Shown: positions 1-11,767 of the stretch, one piece after another
Layout: each line of letters opens with the position of its first letter
How positions within the stretch are numbered: position 1 is the first letter of the stretch
NCBI GenBank assembly: GCA_904063045.1
Contig: CAJFCJ010000001.1
Span: 1,860,001-1,924,000 of the forward strand
Direction: 5' to 3'
DNA length: 64,000 bases
Source of the DNA: Dimorphilus gyrociliatus
Lineage: Eukaryota; Animalia; Annelida
Program-made: the position numbers and the translations under genes
The notes under the pieces: model-generated
Databases searched by the model: none
What the model was told of the DNA's origin: nothing
What the model saw: the letters and a program-made list of their open reading frames with translations, nothing else

Positions 1-1231
1 GTTATTCAAAAATAAACTATCGTTCCCTTGGTTACATATATTTCGGTACCGACTATACCTGTTCTATCATTAATCCCGCAAGTGATTACAGAGCGCTTGA
101 TATATTTATATATTTATATATATAGTACAGTACATGTGACAAGCTCATCATTTTTCATATCGTAAAAATATGTAAATATTAGTTCACCTTCTCTTATTTG
201 ATGACCATCCTTAATATTGGTTAAGAAGGTTGATAACCTTATAGGCTAACCATTGAAATGAATAGTAAGATATCTCTCCTTCACTATCTTTATTATTTTA
301 ATGCAATTTTCTAATAAAATGCTACTTTTTATAATAATTCAATAGTTTTGTAAGCCTCCTTTACGAGTTTCAAGTTCTTTAACCTCTTTCGTTCATTTTA
401 TAGTTAAATACACGTAATTCTTTAACGAAAACACGTAAATATCATAAAGTACTCGCCTGATTTCGTTTATTGTTCAAAGAGAGAATATCTTAGGTAAGTT
501 GACAGAAAAGAGATGCATTTGCAAATGAAATCTGGTCTCTATCTCATTAAGATAATTATTATTTTCTATAATAAAACCAACGAGTTTCAACTCGTAAGAT
601 TTATCTGACTCTGTCCTTCAATAGAACAGTAATTCTCCTTTAAAAGAAAACCTAATGAGCCCTATTAATCATTGTTCATAGCTGATGGCAAAGTCTTAAA
701 AGTAGTTGAAAACAGCGATATTAAAAATTGAGAATACCATAAAACTTTTGTTACTGTCCTTCACAGACGCCTCATTTGTATAAATGTTTTTGACAGTTTA
801 GTACACTGCTAGAACTTTATTAGTCATCAAAGCAAAACATTTTTAAAATCAATACATTGCTGTCTATGTAGCAAGATCTGTAGAACAACTTAGAAGGTTT
901 CTTTCATTCTGTTTACTTGACAAAATAATTATTCGAAAAAATAAAATGCAAAAAAACCAATTAGTAAGAAAATGACTAGCTCCAAATGATATACAATGTG
1001 TACAATCACAGCAATTATACATCTTACTGATTATATTTACACGCTTTTGACACACTGTGCAAGATATATCTCAGAGACAAATGCATAGGGGGAGACGGGA
1101 AAACAAATTATTAATAAAAGGCCATAAAATAAGGAAAAATCGATCTTTGCACGGCTTTTACGTATAGATGATAAAAATTTAAACACTGCCTTATCCGATT
1201 AAGAAAAAACGTTTTTGCATAAAATTTTCAT

Positions 1232-3461
1232 TTAGAGACTATTATCTCCGAACTCTTCACTCCACTTTTGAAGTTTAGCTATATTACCTTGAGGCACGGA
1301 TTTCCGGACTCTCTGTAATGAGTCAACAAAATCATTCAAATTAACTTTTCTAACTGATGTCTCATCAACATCTTTTACAATACTTGGATCTAATTCTCTT
1401 ATAGGTCCAAGTGCAGCATCTTTGGCCAATTCTGTCAAGTCACTTGCGGAATAGCCCTCAGTCAAAGAAGATATTTGTTTTATCTCACGCTGACTAAGGG
1501 GACTTCCGTGCTGTTCAAGCAATCTATTTAGCAGTTTGACTCGAGTATTCTGATCAGGCATTCCGACATAAACTCTTTTTGGAAAACGTCTTAAAGCAGC
1601 TTCATCCAACTCATACGGTCGATTTGTTGCAGCCATAACTACAACTCTTTCGCTCGTTCCCGATACGCCGTCAAACTCAAGTAGAAATTGAGTTTTCAGA
1701 CGTCTCATAGCATCATGTTCATTATCCGACCTTTGAGAAAGCACTGAATCAACCTCATCTATAAATATGACTGCTGGTTGTAGTTCTTTAGCACATGCAA
1801 ACAACGCTCTGACAAGTTTTTCTCCTTCACCCACAAATTTAGATGTAATACTAGCAGCGCTTATATTGAAAAACGTTGATTTTGACTCATGAGCAACGGC
1901 TTTTGCGAGTAGAGTTTTGCCATTGCCTGGAGGACCAAAAAGAAGTAGTCCTCTCGCTGGAGTCCGTAGTCCTAGAACAAAGTAATTTCAAATAAAAATC
2001 AATTATATAATCTATCACTCTTTTGTTGTTTACCTGTAAACAACTCCGGTCTAAGAGAAGGTAGTATAACCATCTCCTGCAATGCTTGTTTTGCTCTTTC
2101 TAAACCAGCTACATCTTCCAATGATAAAGGAACACCCGATTCGAGAATCTCATCAAGTATTGCATTCGCTAATCTTTTATCGATATTCTTCAGGTAATTT
2201 TGAGCTTTCTGCCTCGTTTGATTAGGGTTTGGGGGAGCACGAATGTTAGGTGGATTGGTTCTAGATGAAATTTGTTTCCTAAGCATACTAGGTGATGTTG
2301 TTGGACTTGCATTTCTATTGCTTCTAGGTGCTGTTCGCGGAAGGGTACTGCTTCTACTTCCTCCAATACCGATTGTCATTTTCGCTCTAGCGGTTGAACG
2401 ATCTGAGGCTAATTAAAAATGAAAAATTGATATTATTTAGTTTATATTTATATTCTGCATATCGGTGAAAGAAACATGCAGGAGAAAAAGTTGTGTGAAA
2501 AAGAAAATGTTATTAAAAAAACATTCAACAACGCACCAAACTTTTGGCTTGTTTTCAAGTCTTTTGAAGCTGCAGGAATTTTGCTAATTTTCTTACTTTC
2601 TACATTTTTAGCAATTTTAGATGAAGGTGACTGAACTGATTTCTTTGTATTTTTATTACTATTCGTGTTTAAATCCTTAGCAAGTTTTGTAGCCATTTCG
2701 TTAGCTGGACATAGCGATGTATCTTCCTTCGTCGTTTTCAACAAAACCTCTGAATTGCAAATACAACACTCAACGTGCAAGAAAAAAAAAGACTAACGAA
2801 AATAGGGGGAAGAATAAATCAATTGAAAAATTCTTGAAACCTAAAACTTGCAATCTATCCTTCGCCATGATTAAATTAGTTCTCATTTTTTCTTGAAGTC
2901 GACGAGCTCTTTCAAAAGCATCACCTGCAAATAGGAATTCAATATATAAAAAAATAATGAAGCTATCTTTATCTTACCAGGACCGCTAACATCCACTGCT
3001 ATACCCTTTTCCAATTCTTCTATACCTTTTTTATATAAATCAACCGCTAAATCTTTACGACCTTTGTCCTCTTCGTCTAATTTCAAAGCTTTTGATACAT
3101 ATTCAAATGCCTTCCTATGATGATGTTTCTGTAAGGCAAGTGCTGGCTCACCAGGACCCGGTGTTGGTTTTGACATCGTTACATTTGATTGTTCAACGTT
3201 TTTTCTAGGTGAAGGCGGAGCAATACAAGCGTTCGACGCTTCATTTTTGGTAAAATATACACTAGTATGATATAGCTTTGTTAGGCCTATCCACAGATGG
3301 AAAGCGACAAATCGAATAAAATAGAAGAATAATAAAATCGGTAAAGCGAAGTGTCTAACGTTTCTATGATGCACAGATTCGTCACCAATTGTCTTATTGG
3401 TTTCTTTGGTCGATGTTTTCTTACTATTGTGAAATCGACCCGAATTCTTCCTCGAATGCAT
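1232..3461 (-). CDS. SPAST: Spastin (microtubule-severing AAA ATPase), 5 exons
   Basis: N-terminal hydrophobic hairpin (RFVAFHL), MIT domain ([16 protein letters not shown]), Walker A GPPGNGKT just upstream of ORF 1232..1834, Walker [29 protein letters not shown] introns join ORFs 2883-3461, 2448-2780, 1999-2379 and 1232-1834 in frame. Confidence 0.97.
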
Positions 3462-4377
3462 CAGAGTCCGCCATCCGCAATCAATACTATGACATCATAG
3501 CTGACGGTATTATGGGATTTCGTGGAATTCTCTTCCGGTATGGCTCCCGACATGTTCGACACAAGTTTTCTGGAAATGTATATAGCTGTAGCAAATCATA
3601 TTAAAGGTATTTGAAATATTATAAAACAATCTTTCTATTCAAAAGCTATTTTATCAACTATATTTGGTAGATTATTCGAAGTAGTTTTTTAAATCTCAAA
3701 GGGATTGTGGAAAAACCCTCTTCACTTTTTATTACCAGTTTTCAAATCTTTCTCATATTTGAAATTTTTCAAATACTAACGGAGAGTAGTTGTTTAACTA
3801 TTTCTATAAATTAATTAAGCAAATAATTATTTTCATATAAATACAAATTTGTATATATGCTAAATAGCTTAGCACAATTATATTTCCTATCAAAAGAATA
3901 GAACATATATCAAACAAGTAAAATATTTATAAAATTTCAACATCAGAATAAATTTAGTACTCTGAAAATAATATAATTACGATGGATCAGTCATTTATGC
4001 TTGATGGAAAATTATCATTATTATTTATAACTCAGTACCGAATGTAAACAATATTTCCTTAGTTTGTAAGACTGAAGAAATTAATTTTCCTTATAAATAT
4101 TCCTAATTAGAGACTATTATATTAGCGAATAGAACTGTATTATGGAATTGACTAAACTGCTGTTTACTCTTGCTGTTTTTCTTCTTTATTTTTATAAATG
4201 AAATTCTCGGAATCTGATTGTTTTATTTCTTATTTATCTGAAATATTTTTCCAATGACAACCACAAAATTTAATACTTCTTGTTCTTTACGAAAATTTCA
4301 GTACTTAAACATTACATTAAGTATCCGTTTTTATTGTAGCTGTAATATTTTTATATAAACTATTTAACATTTAGCAG

Positions 4378-4834
4378 TCATTCGACATCATCCGAAGGTA
4401 TGCCTAATTCTTCATCTGTCCATTTGGATGGGTCAGGAGGATAATAATGGCCCTACAAAAAATTGTTTATTATTTTGTATTGTCTTGTATATGATAGTTT
4501 GTTTTCGAAGAGTCAATAAACTTTTGTATATATTTGAATTATCAATACTTACTAAAAGTTTACCGCTATCGTAATAAAGGTGAAACATTACCCAATACCA
4601 AAACACAACACCGAGTCCTGTGGCTAAATGTTCAGCCCATCTTGGGGGCACATATACAGTCCGGTACCTCCATCTGAAGACGTACAGTGAAATATATCAA
4701 TGACATCACAACGTCACAATTACTACTTACGCGTAATCACCCATCCGACGTTTTGCAACTAAATTTAATGCCTTCCTTTTATTAGCATTTGACAAAAGAC
4801 CTACTATGGGTTTTATACGAGAAATTAAAGACAT
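4378..4834 (-). CDS. NDUFB2: NADH:ubiquinone oxidoreductase subunit B2 (AGGG), 3 exons (4834-4731, 4673-4553, 4452-4378)
   Basis: Spliced product MSLISRIKP...MGDYAWRYRT...VFWYWVMFHLYYDSGKLLGHYYPPDPSKWTDEELGIPSDDVE*. The C-terminal GH..P.DPS.WTDEELGIP motif is typical of NDUFB2; basic presequence; exon phases check. Confidence 0.93.
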
Positions 4835-5668
4835 AGTGTTCCATCCAAGGTTAACTCGCTGGGTGAAAACTGGTGTTAATAGTTGATCTTGATATCCGTT
4901 TCCGGTTATACTACTAGTCACGTGCTTAGTTGAAAAATTCGCGCCTTTATTTACCCAACTGTAAAATTACTTTGCGGTATTAATCAATAAGCATAATTAC
5001 ATTTAGCTTATACAATATTAACACATTTTAAATTGCTTTCTCAACACATTCGATACACCTGTAATTGATTTTTTTTTTAAGAATAATTAAGCTGTTCAAA
5101 TATAAAACTGTTTCAGTTATGGTTTCCTTTGGAAACAAGTAGAATACTAATTGTTTCTGTATTTGAGCTGTATGGAAATTGCATTATATGAAAGGTTATA
5201 AAAGTAAATGTTTAGTCATGTGCAGTAAAGAATTTACATAGCTTAAATTAGCTTTATTAGCTATTCCCAAGAATTCCAAATTCACTTAAATGTGCATAGG
5301 TATTGATTTATGAATATCGACTCTGACATTATCCAAAAAATTTTTATATCCAATTACGAATATTTAATTACTTTTATCTATAATTCCACCCTTTGGTTTG
5401 CTTCGAAGACGAAACAAAAAAAAGTGGTTTTATAAACGAAAAATATTGATAGTATAACAAAAAAGTTATTTTTTGTATTGTTTGTTGCAATCAATTCTTT
5501 AGGTTTTAAATATTTAAATAACAATATTATCAATATAATATAGGGTAAAGTATCATATTTGTTCTGATGAGTCTGAATAGAAATTGTACTAAATTTATAT
5601 TAATTTTTTAGAATGCAGGGTTTTTCTGTAGCTTCCTTTTAGAATCTTTAGTCTAGTTACAGTTTTTT

Positions 5669-6658
5669 TCAATCTCTTTTGACTGCGTGAAGCGCATAAT
5701 TTACCTGATCGCAATCAATCCAGCTCCATGTGTTTGAGAGCGGGTTCAGGGTCATACCTTGTATCATTTTCACGGACATGTCGTCTGAAAAACATAATAT
5801 TTGAATAATTTAGAAATACAAACAGACGCCTACTTTGTTCCAATAAGTCCTTGAGATCAGATGGTGGCACGAACATGTCCCATTGATGAGTTCCAGGAGG
5901 AACTAATCGAAATATATATTCGCCAGCTACAATTGCGAGGGCGTGTGACAACAAAGTTCGATTTATAGTCGTGAAAAACGCTTGACCTCCAGGCTAAAAA
6001 GCATTGAAAAAGTTCTTTATACATCTTCTAGTTCATTCACCTCACGTTTCACCAACCTTGACTAATTGACAACATGCTTTAATAAATATTGGTAAGTCGT
6101 TTACGTGCTCAACTACTTCAGAAGCCACTAAAGCATCATAAGTTTCCTTTCTCTTTTCAACTAGACTTTCTACGGGACACGCTAAATATTCTATATCAAG
6201 GGCAGGGTTAAGTTTTAGATGAATTTTCGCAACTTCAATATTTCCTGTCGAGGCGTCAATTCCAGTTACAGTAGCTCCAAGTCGACTTAAGGGTTCAGTC
6301 AAAATCCCACCCCCGCATCCGATATCCATTATTTTTAATGATTCGAGCGGTTTCGATGTTGTTTTGTATTCTCCATTAGAAATCAGCTTGTCTCTTATCA
6401 TTGGTATTCTCAACGCATTCATGGAATGCAAAGCTTTCAGTGGTCCATCTCTACTCCACCAATCCTTAGATAGTTCATCGAATTTTGAAATTTCCTCCTC
6501 GTTGATTGTGGTTGAGTTCGTACTAAGTCGAATTGAAGGTAAGAACAGTTTTACAATATATAAGAGCTATTTATTTCTACAATCATTTACCTCATACATA
6601 ATTTAACACTATTTAAGATATTTAAACCAAATCTTTTCCTAATACATAGCCTATTCAT
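5669..6658 (-). CDS. COQ3: Ubiquinone biosynthesis O-methyltransferase, about 4 exons
   Basis: WW..DGPLKALHSMNALRIP, SAM-binding MDIGCGGGILTE, ASEVVEHV, LVPPGTHQW, final ..WSW..VNYALHAVK*. Basic, acid-free presequence MNRLCIRKRFGL; the start exon is inferred from splice phase. Confidence 0.93.
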
Positions 6659-6932
6659 GCTTATATCTTAACAGTGCCACTCACGGCAAAAAAGTTTTGC
6701 ACGAAATTCGAATCATAAAAAAACTGCATGAAAGTTTTTTTTATATTTTTCGTAATTATTAATTATTCATAAATTAAATATCTATATTTTCTGAACAGGT
6801 TTATCTTTTTTATGCTACAAAAAGTGCGAAAGACGAGCAAAATTTAGCACATTAGTGCACAGTTAGAAACTGTGTCGTCTGCTTCAGATAACAAATAAGA
6901 GATAAGTTTTTGTTTTCACCCTGAAGCATAAC

Positions 6933-8807
6933 ATGATCTTCAATAAGGGGTATTCTTATTGTTGGAGTTCGATATGTGCTCTTTTTTGGTTAATCGTTAT
7001 TAGGTGATTATCGATTTATTCTCGCGAAAATTATCTATTTCATCATTAACATTTCCAGATGCTCTGAGATCGAAAATAGTATGGATATGTTACAGCCGTA
7101 CTTTCAAAGACACGGTTCACATCATTCCGTTAGGTATATACGTAGCTGTCAAGCAGTACAATTTAATGAAACATTAGAAGAACGTCTAGCGCCTCCAATG
7201 ATTAATAAAAGTTTGCCACTTTTTACCAAGAAATTCTTTGCCAGAAGTTTTGAAAATAAATATGTGAAAATACATATGTATCTTATAAATAATCCATCAT
7301 TAACCTTATCAGTCGTCGAACCAGGCGGAGAAGGTGGTTGCAAAAAAGGAAGTCCTACTCTGCAAACAGTAAGAGAAACAGCTAAAACAAAAAAGTGCAG
7401 ACTGGCAATTAACGCTGGATTTTTTAATACTACAACTAATGAATGTTATGGAGATATAGTATCCAATTCGAAAATTGTACAATCTACAGCCTATAGGAAT
7501 GCCCACTTTGGTATCAGAAAAGATAATTCGTTAACTATTGGGTATTTATCAGACAAGCAATTAAGTGAATTTAAAGAGTTAGTAACAGGTGCTATTTGGA
7601 TAATACGAAATGGGTCAAAATATATTGAAGAATCTATAAAGAGTGAGTGCACTGATGTTCAAGAAACTAATCCGCAACTTACGTACTTTGCCACTGTTCA
7701 ATCTGCAAGATCAGTGGTTGGCTTTAAAGATGATGGTACTGTTGTCATCTTTCAAGTTGATGGAAAAACAGGGCAGGAAGGTATGAATCTCTTTGAAGTG
7801 GCAGATTTTCTTATTCCTCTAGGAGTAAAAAACGCTATAAATCTTGACGGAGGAGGATCATCATCACTCATCGAAGATAATGTTCTAGTCAATTACCCAA
7901 GTGATACCTGCGCCAAATGGAATTGTGAAAGGAAAGTATCCACTATTTTATGTGTACGTGATATTGAAGAAGCAAAATGTCCACGGAACTGCAGTGACCG
8001 AGGAATCTGCCGCAATGGGGAGTGTAAGTGTTCATCAAATTGGAAGAGTTATGATTGTTCCCAACTTTTCTGCGGTAAGAAGAACTGTTCGTCAAATGGT
8101 CTATGTACTGAATCCGGTTGCTTGTGCTATCCTGGATATAAAGGTTCAGACTGTGATATTTCATGTCCGAAAGGATATTTTGGACTAAATTGTTTGGCCA
8201 GATGCCGTTGCTCGAATCATTCCACTTGTGATAAGTCAACGGGTTATTGCGATTGTGATGCAGGCTATCGTGGGTTATCTTGCGACCTACCTTGTCCAAT
8301 TGGAAGATTTGGAAAAAATTGCAAGAAAATCTGCTCTTGCTTGGAAACTTGCTCAATTTGTGATAGGCTAAATGGTTCTTGTACAATAACAAGTATTTTA
8401 CCCGAAATTGATTCAACGAGCAAATGCTTAATTAATCGTAAAATTTCCAAAGATCATCTTGTTCGTGACTCTTCTGCCGAGCAGAAAATTTATATGATAT
8501 GTGTGATAGCTCTATCTATAGCATTCACTTTATCCATCTCATTAAATATAACTTTATATTGTTTGAAAAAGACATCTAAACTAGATAGAAAAAAGGTAAA
8601 TATATTGATCTCTACTCAGCTTAACCTTTTTAATGTAAGATAAATATTGTTTATTAGAAGAGAATATATAGAAGTCCAAGATTGGTATTATCCTCAAGCG
8701 AAGCTGATAATGAGGACGGTGATTCAGATTTGGATCTTAACGATTTACTGCCTTTGAAAAATGTTAAATTGAATAATGAAAATAATGAATCAAGATTCTT
8801 CCTCTAG
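6933..8807 (+). CDS. NAGPA: N-acetylglucosamine-1-phosphodiester alpha-N-acetylglucosaminidase (mannose-6-phosphate uncovering enzyme), 3 exons
   Basis: AINAGFF and NAINLDGGGSS motifs, Cys-rich EGF-like repeats, a C-terminal TM (IYMICVIALSIAFTLSISLNI) and an acidic tail exon (8658-8807). Hydrophobic first exon from ATG 6933 splices in frame to ORF 7081. Confidence 0.9.
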
Positions 8808-9098
8808 CTATTTATACTCAGGCTAAAGACAACTAACGAGTGATACATTTTTTTTATGTCTATACATATAGATAAATAGTTTGAATAGAATTGTTTTTCT
8901 TTTGTTGTATTTTTTTCTGTTAGTTTCACTTGTAAATCGTTAATTTTTCTTTAACACGATAGATGCTTTTTTATTCAACTAACAAGAATTAACGAGCTTT
9001 AAACAAGATAAATGCAAAACTTTATAATTGAGACGATACAACGTTAATGCGCTAGTATATACATATTGTCGATTAAGTAAAATCCACATTGATTATCT

Positions 9099-10115
9099 TT
9101 ATATATTACGTTTCCGATTACAAGTTGCGAGTGTGATGTAAGCATCTTTTAATTGACGGTTGAGAAAAGCATAAATAAGAAAGTTCAAACAGCTACCTGC
9201 TAAAGCTACAGCGAAAACAAAATGATAGTATGACGAAGTTAAACTGCCATAATAATCGATTTTATAAGTGATAACTAAAGGCATCCAACTACATAGAAAA
9301 GCCGCAGTTATAACTAGTAGATTTTTTACGAGAGCCATTGTTTTAGAGTTAGTGGATGATTTGTTGCCTGTCTTTCTCGTTTTGTCGTCCTTTGAAACGA
9401 AAGCTCGCCTTGGAGGTACTTCGGATGTTTCGCTGTTGGTTTCTCTAGTTGTTGTGGTTACCGAAGTTTGTCCAATTTTTCGCCGCGAATCGCGAAACTT
9501 TTTCAAGATTTTCCAATAACAAAATAGCATGATATTAAGCGTTGGAAAAATAACCAGGAAATCAGCACAGACGAGTATAAAGAAATAGCTTGGAGGTGAT
9601 TTACTAGCAAAAAGACAAGCTCCAAGCTTTGTATTATAAGTGTACTCGGCCGAAGTATAATAAGGTGGTGTAAAGAGGAGTAAAGCGTATAACCAAGCAC
9701 AAATTGCGCTTCCAAGAGTTTTTTTTGTTGTATAAATTTTTTCGTAAGTATCTCTGGTCCTGCAGATAAGAATGTAACGATTCAACGCAACAAGGCCTAA
9801 AGTTAATACGGATACCATTAGGCACATAAGTGAAATTAGAGCAATAATTCTACAATGAATTTTTTCGTATAAGCCATAATAACCAATCAAAGTATTAGGA
9901 ATAATTATACAGCAAACCAGTAAGTCAGCAATAGCTAGATTTGCCAAATAGATATTAGGAATAGTTCGAAGCTTTTTAAAACTAGCTAACGACGCTAAAG
10001 TTGCAGTATTTCCGACAAAACCAACACAAGCGGCAATACCTAAGTAGATTTTAATAAAAATTATAAACCCACTTGATATATTCTGCTCGTCGGGTAAAAT
10101 GTACCAGTTTGTCAT
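9099..10115 (-). CDS. Intronless class A (rhodopsin-like) GPCR, melatonin-receptor/Moody/Tre1-like
   Basis: Seven hydrophobic segments; TM1 GN, TM2 LAIADL, TM3 ALNRYILIC, TM6 CSWMP, TM7 LNFLIY. The ligand cannot be inferred. Confidence 0.9.
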   Translation of the reverse strand: MTNWYILPDEQNISSGFIIFIKIYLGIAACVGFVGNTATLASLASFKKLRTIPNIYLANLAIADLLVCCIIIPNTLIGYYGLYEKIHCRIIALISLMCLMVSVLTLGLVALNRYILICRTRDTYEKIYTTKKTLGSAICAWLYALLLFTPPYYTSAEYTYNTKLGACLFASKSPPSYFFILVCADFLVIFPTLNIMLFCYWKILKKFRDSRRKIGQTSVTTTTRETNSETSEVPPRRAFVSKDDKTRKTGNKSSTNSKTMALVKNLLVITAAFLCSWMPLVITYKIDYYGSLTSSYYHFVFAVALAGSCLNFLIYAFLNRQLKDAYITLATCNRKRNI

Positions 10116-10352
10116 TGTTTTTCATTTATTCTAAAGTTTAAATAATTATACTCCTTTCGGCGTTTATCAAACGTATGCTTCAGATTGCGTCTAAACATTT
10201 ATGCATAATTAATTTCATTTAGTATCGAACCTCTAAAGGAACATGATTGGATAAAAATTATGATTGGATGATACTGAGTGCACGTCGATAAAATTAACGT
10301 ATTGACGTTTATCAGGTGTAGAATGTCATTTTTTATTTCACCTATAGTTATG

Positions 10353-11215
10353 TCACTCAATGAAATATGAAAGAAACATAAATAAGATGTGTATATAAAC
10401 TTGATAACTGGTGGACAAACCAAGTGCGTCATTACAGTAGTCGGCTAAACAAGAACAAGTCGTGGAAAAACCACTTTCTACTTCTACCTTGTTACAGGTG
10501 TTGTTATAAAATAAGGAATCAGAACATTTCCTCACTACTATTACTCTTTGTTCACTTTTATCTCCAAATTGTTGACTTATACAACTTCTACCCACGCAAT
10601 AGTCTGTCTTGTTGCCAATACAGTCAGAACATTCAAAACATGTATAATTTTTAGGCAAAGTTACTTGGCTTGCAGGCACAAATAACCTTTCACTATTGCA
10701 GAGGTCTGTAGAGCAGAAACAATATGTGTTTACGATCATATCATTTTTATCGTATTCGGCATTATGAACGCAAACGCTGCCATCTGACGGATAAGTTATA
10801 GTCATATTCCCGTTACTTGTCGCATCTTTTTTCAATTTTTTCAAGTCGGGTGGTAATTTATCTGAGCAAAATCTTTTAGATTCGTCTTTACGGAGTTTTA
10901 ATTGATTTGAAGTTATAATCTTATCCAATTCGGTATAATTTGAGGAACTTGTTAGATAATCTTGAAATTTTGATGACGTATTAAAAAAGCACGTTCGTCC
11001 AACGCACGTATGAAGTGAAATTTTTTCATTACACTCCTTACATTCATAACAAGTATTGTAATAGGAAAATGCTGATCCATTCAGATCTGAGGTTTATATA
11101 TAATTTATAAGATAAAAATATTACACTCAATTAAACTATATTTATAATTTACGTAAATATATTAAATGATCTAAATACCCAATAGGAAGATGAGAATAAA
11201 GAGAAAACTAAACAT
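10353..11215 (-). CDS. GPI-anchored-type protein with two Ly6/uPAR (three-finger)-like domains, 2 exons
   Basis: Hydrophobic exon 1 MFSFLFILIFLL splices in phase 1 to an exon with two 10-Cys units (TCYECKEC...CVGRTC...YCFCSTDLCN and TCFECSDC...CVGRSC...TCSCLADYCN), followed by a hydrophobic C-terminus. Confidence 0.8.
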
Positions 11216-11767
11216 TATGCTACTTCGATCAGTCTTTCTTCTTTCGCTATAAATAGGGAAGAAAAAAAACTTTTGTAAGCCTAGTGTAGTATATATGTAA
11301 CAAAAAAAAAGTCTTTTGTTCATTCACGTCGATTCGAAACCTACGTATTGATATAAAGTTAAGCCTATATAGTTTCAAGTATTTGTTTAAGGGTTCTAAT
11401 GTAAGACTAATTGTGAAAATTTAAGTAATTTAAAGAAATTAGAAAGAGCGAATTTGTAACCAAAAGTGTTTACGATAAATTAATCAATATCACTACAAAC
11501 AAATAAGAGAAAGGAGGACCGTATCCGCCCGACCGTATCGAATAGCTGCAAAGTGTTTTAAATAAACGACGTTCGATCGGTATTGTTCTTTCTACTCGAC
11601 ATGGACTGCAAGCCATTGTTGACGGGGCGTCAAGTAACGCCATACATTTCCTTTTTTTACTGTTTCCTCTACGTACGTACGGAGTTCTATTCGTTAAAAT
11701 TGCTGTCAAATAAGAAAGTAATAATAGAAAAAACTTGCTACCCAAGAGATCGTATTTTGTTTGAAAA

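Noticed and set aside
3540-3690. Possible small plus-strand gene MAPDMFDTSFLEMY... head-to-head with spastin
   Set aside because: Only 22 codons, no convincing downstream exon, no recognisable family.
3980-4360. Second frame broken mainly by TGA, plus in-frame TGAs near 62530 and 63500 read as possible selenocysteine because PSTK is nearby
   Set aside because: Runs of this length are expected by chance in AT-rich DNA. There is no redox-motif context or evident SECIS, and Sec-machinery genes are not normally clustered with selenoproteins in animals.
11300-11375. tRNA T-arm-like GGTTTCGAATC on the minus strand
   Set aside because: Stem is mismatched and there is no acceptor stem, D arm or A box.
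11470-11745. Minus ORF resembling a neuropeptide precursor (hydrophobic start, RR/KKRK sites)
   Set aside because: Starts at TTG, has no amidation or repeat pattern, and lies in a divergent promoter region.
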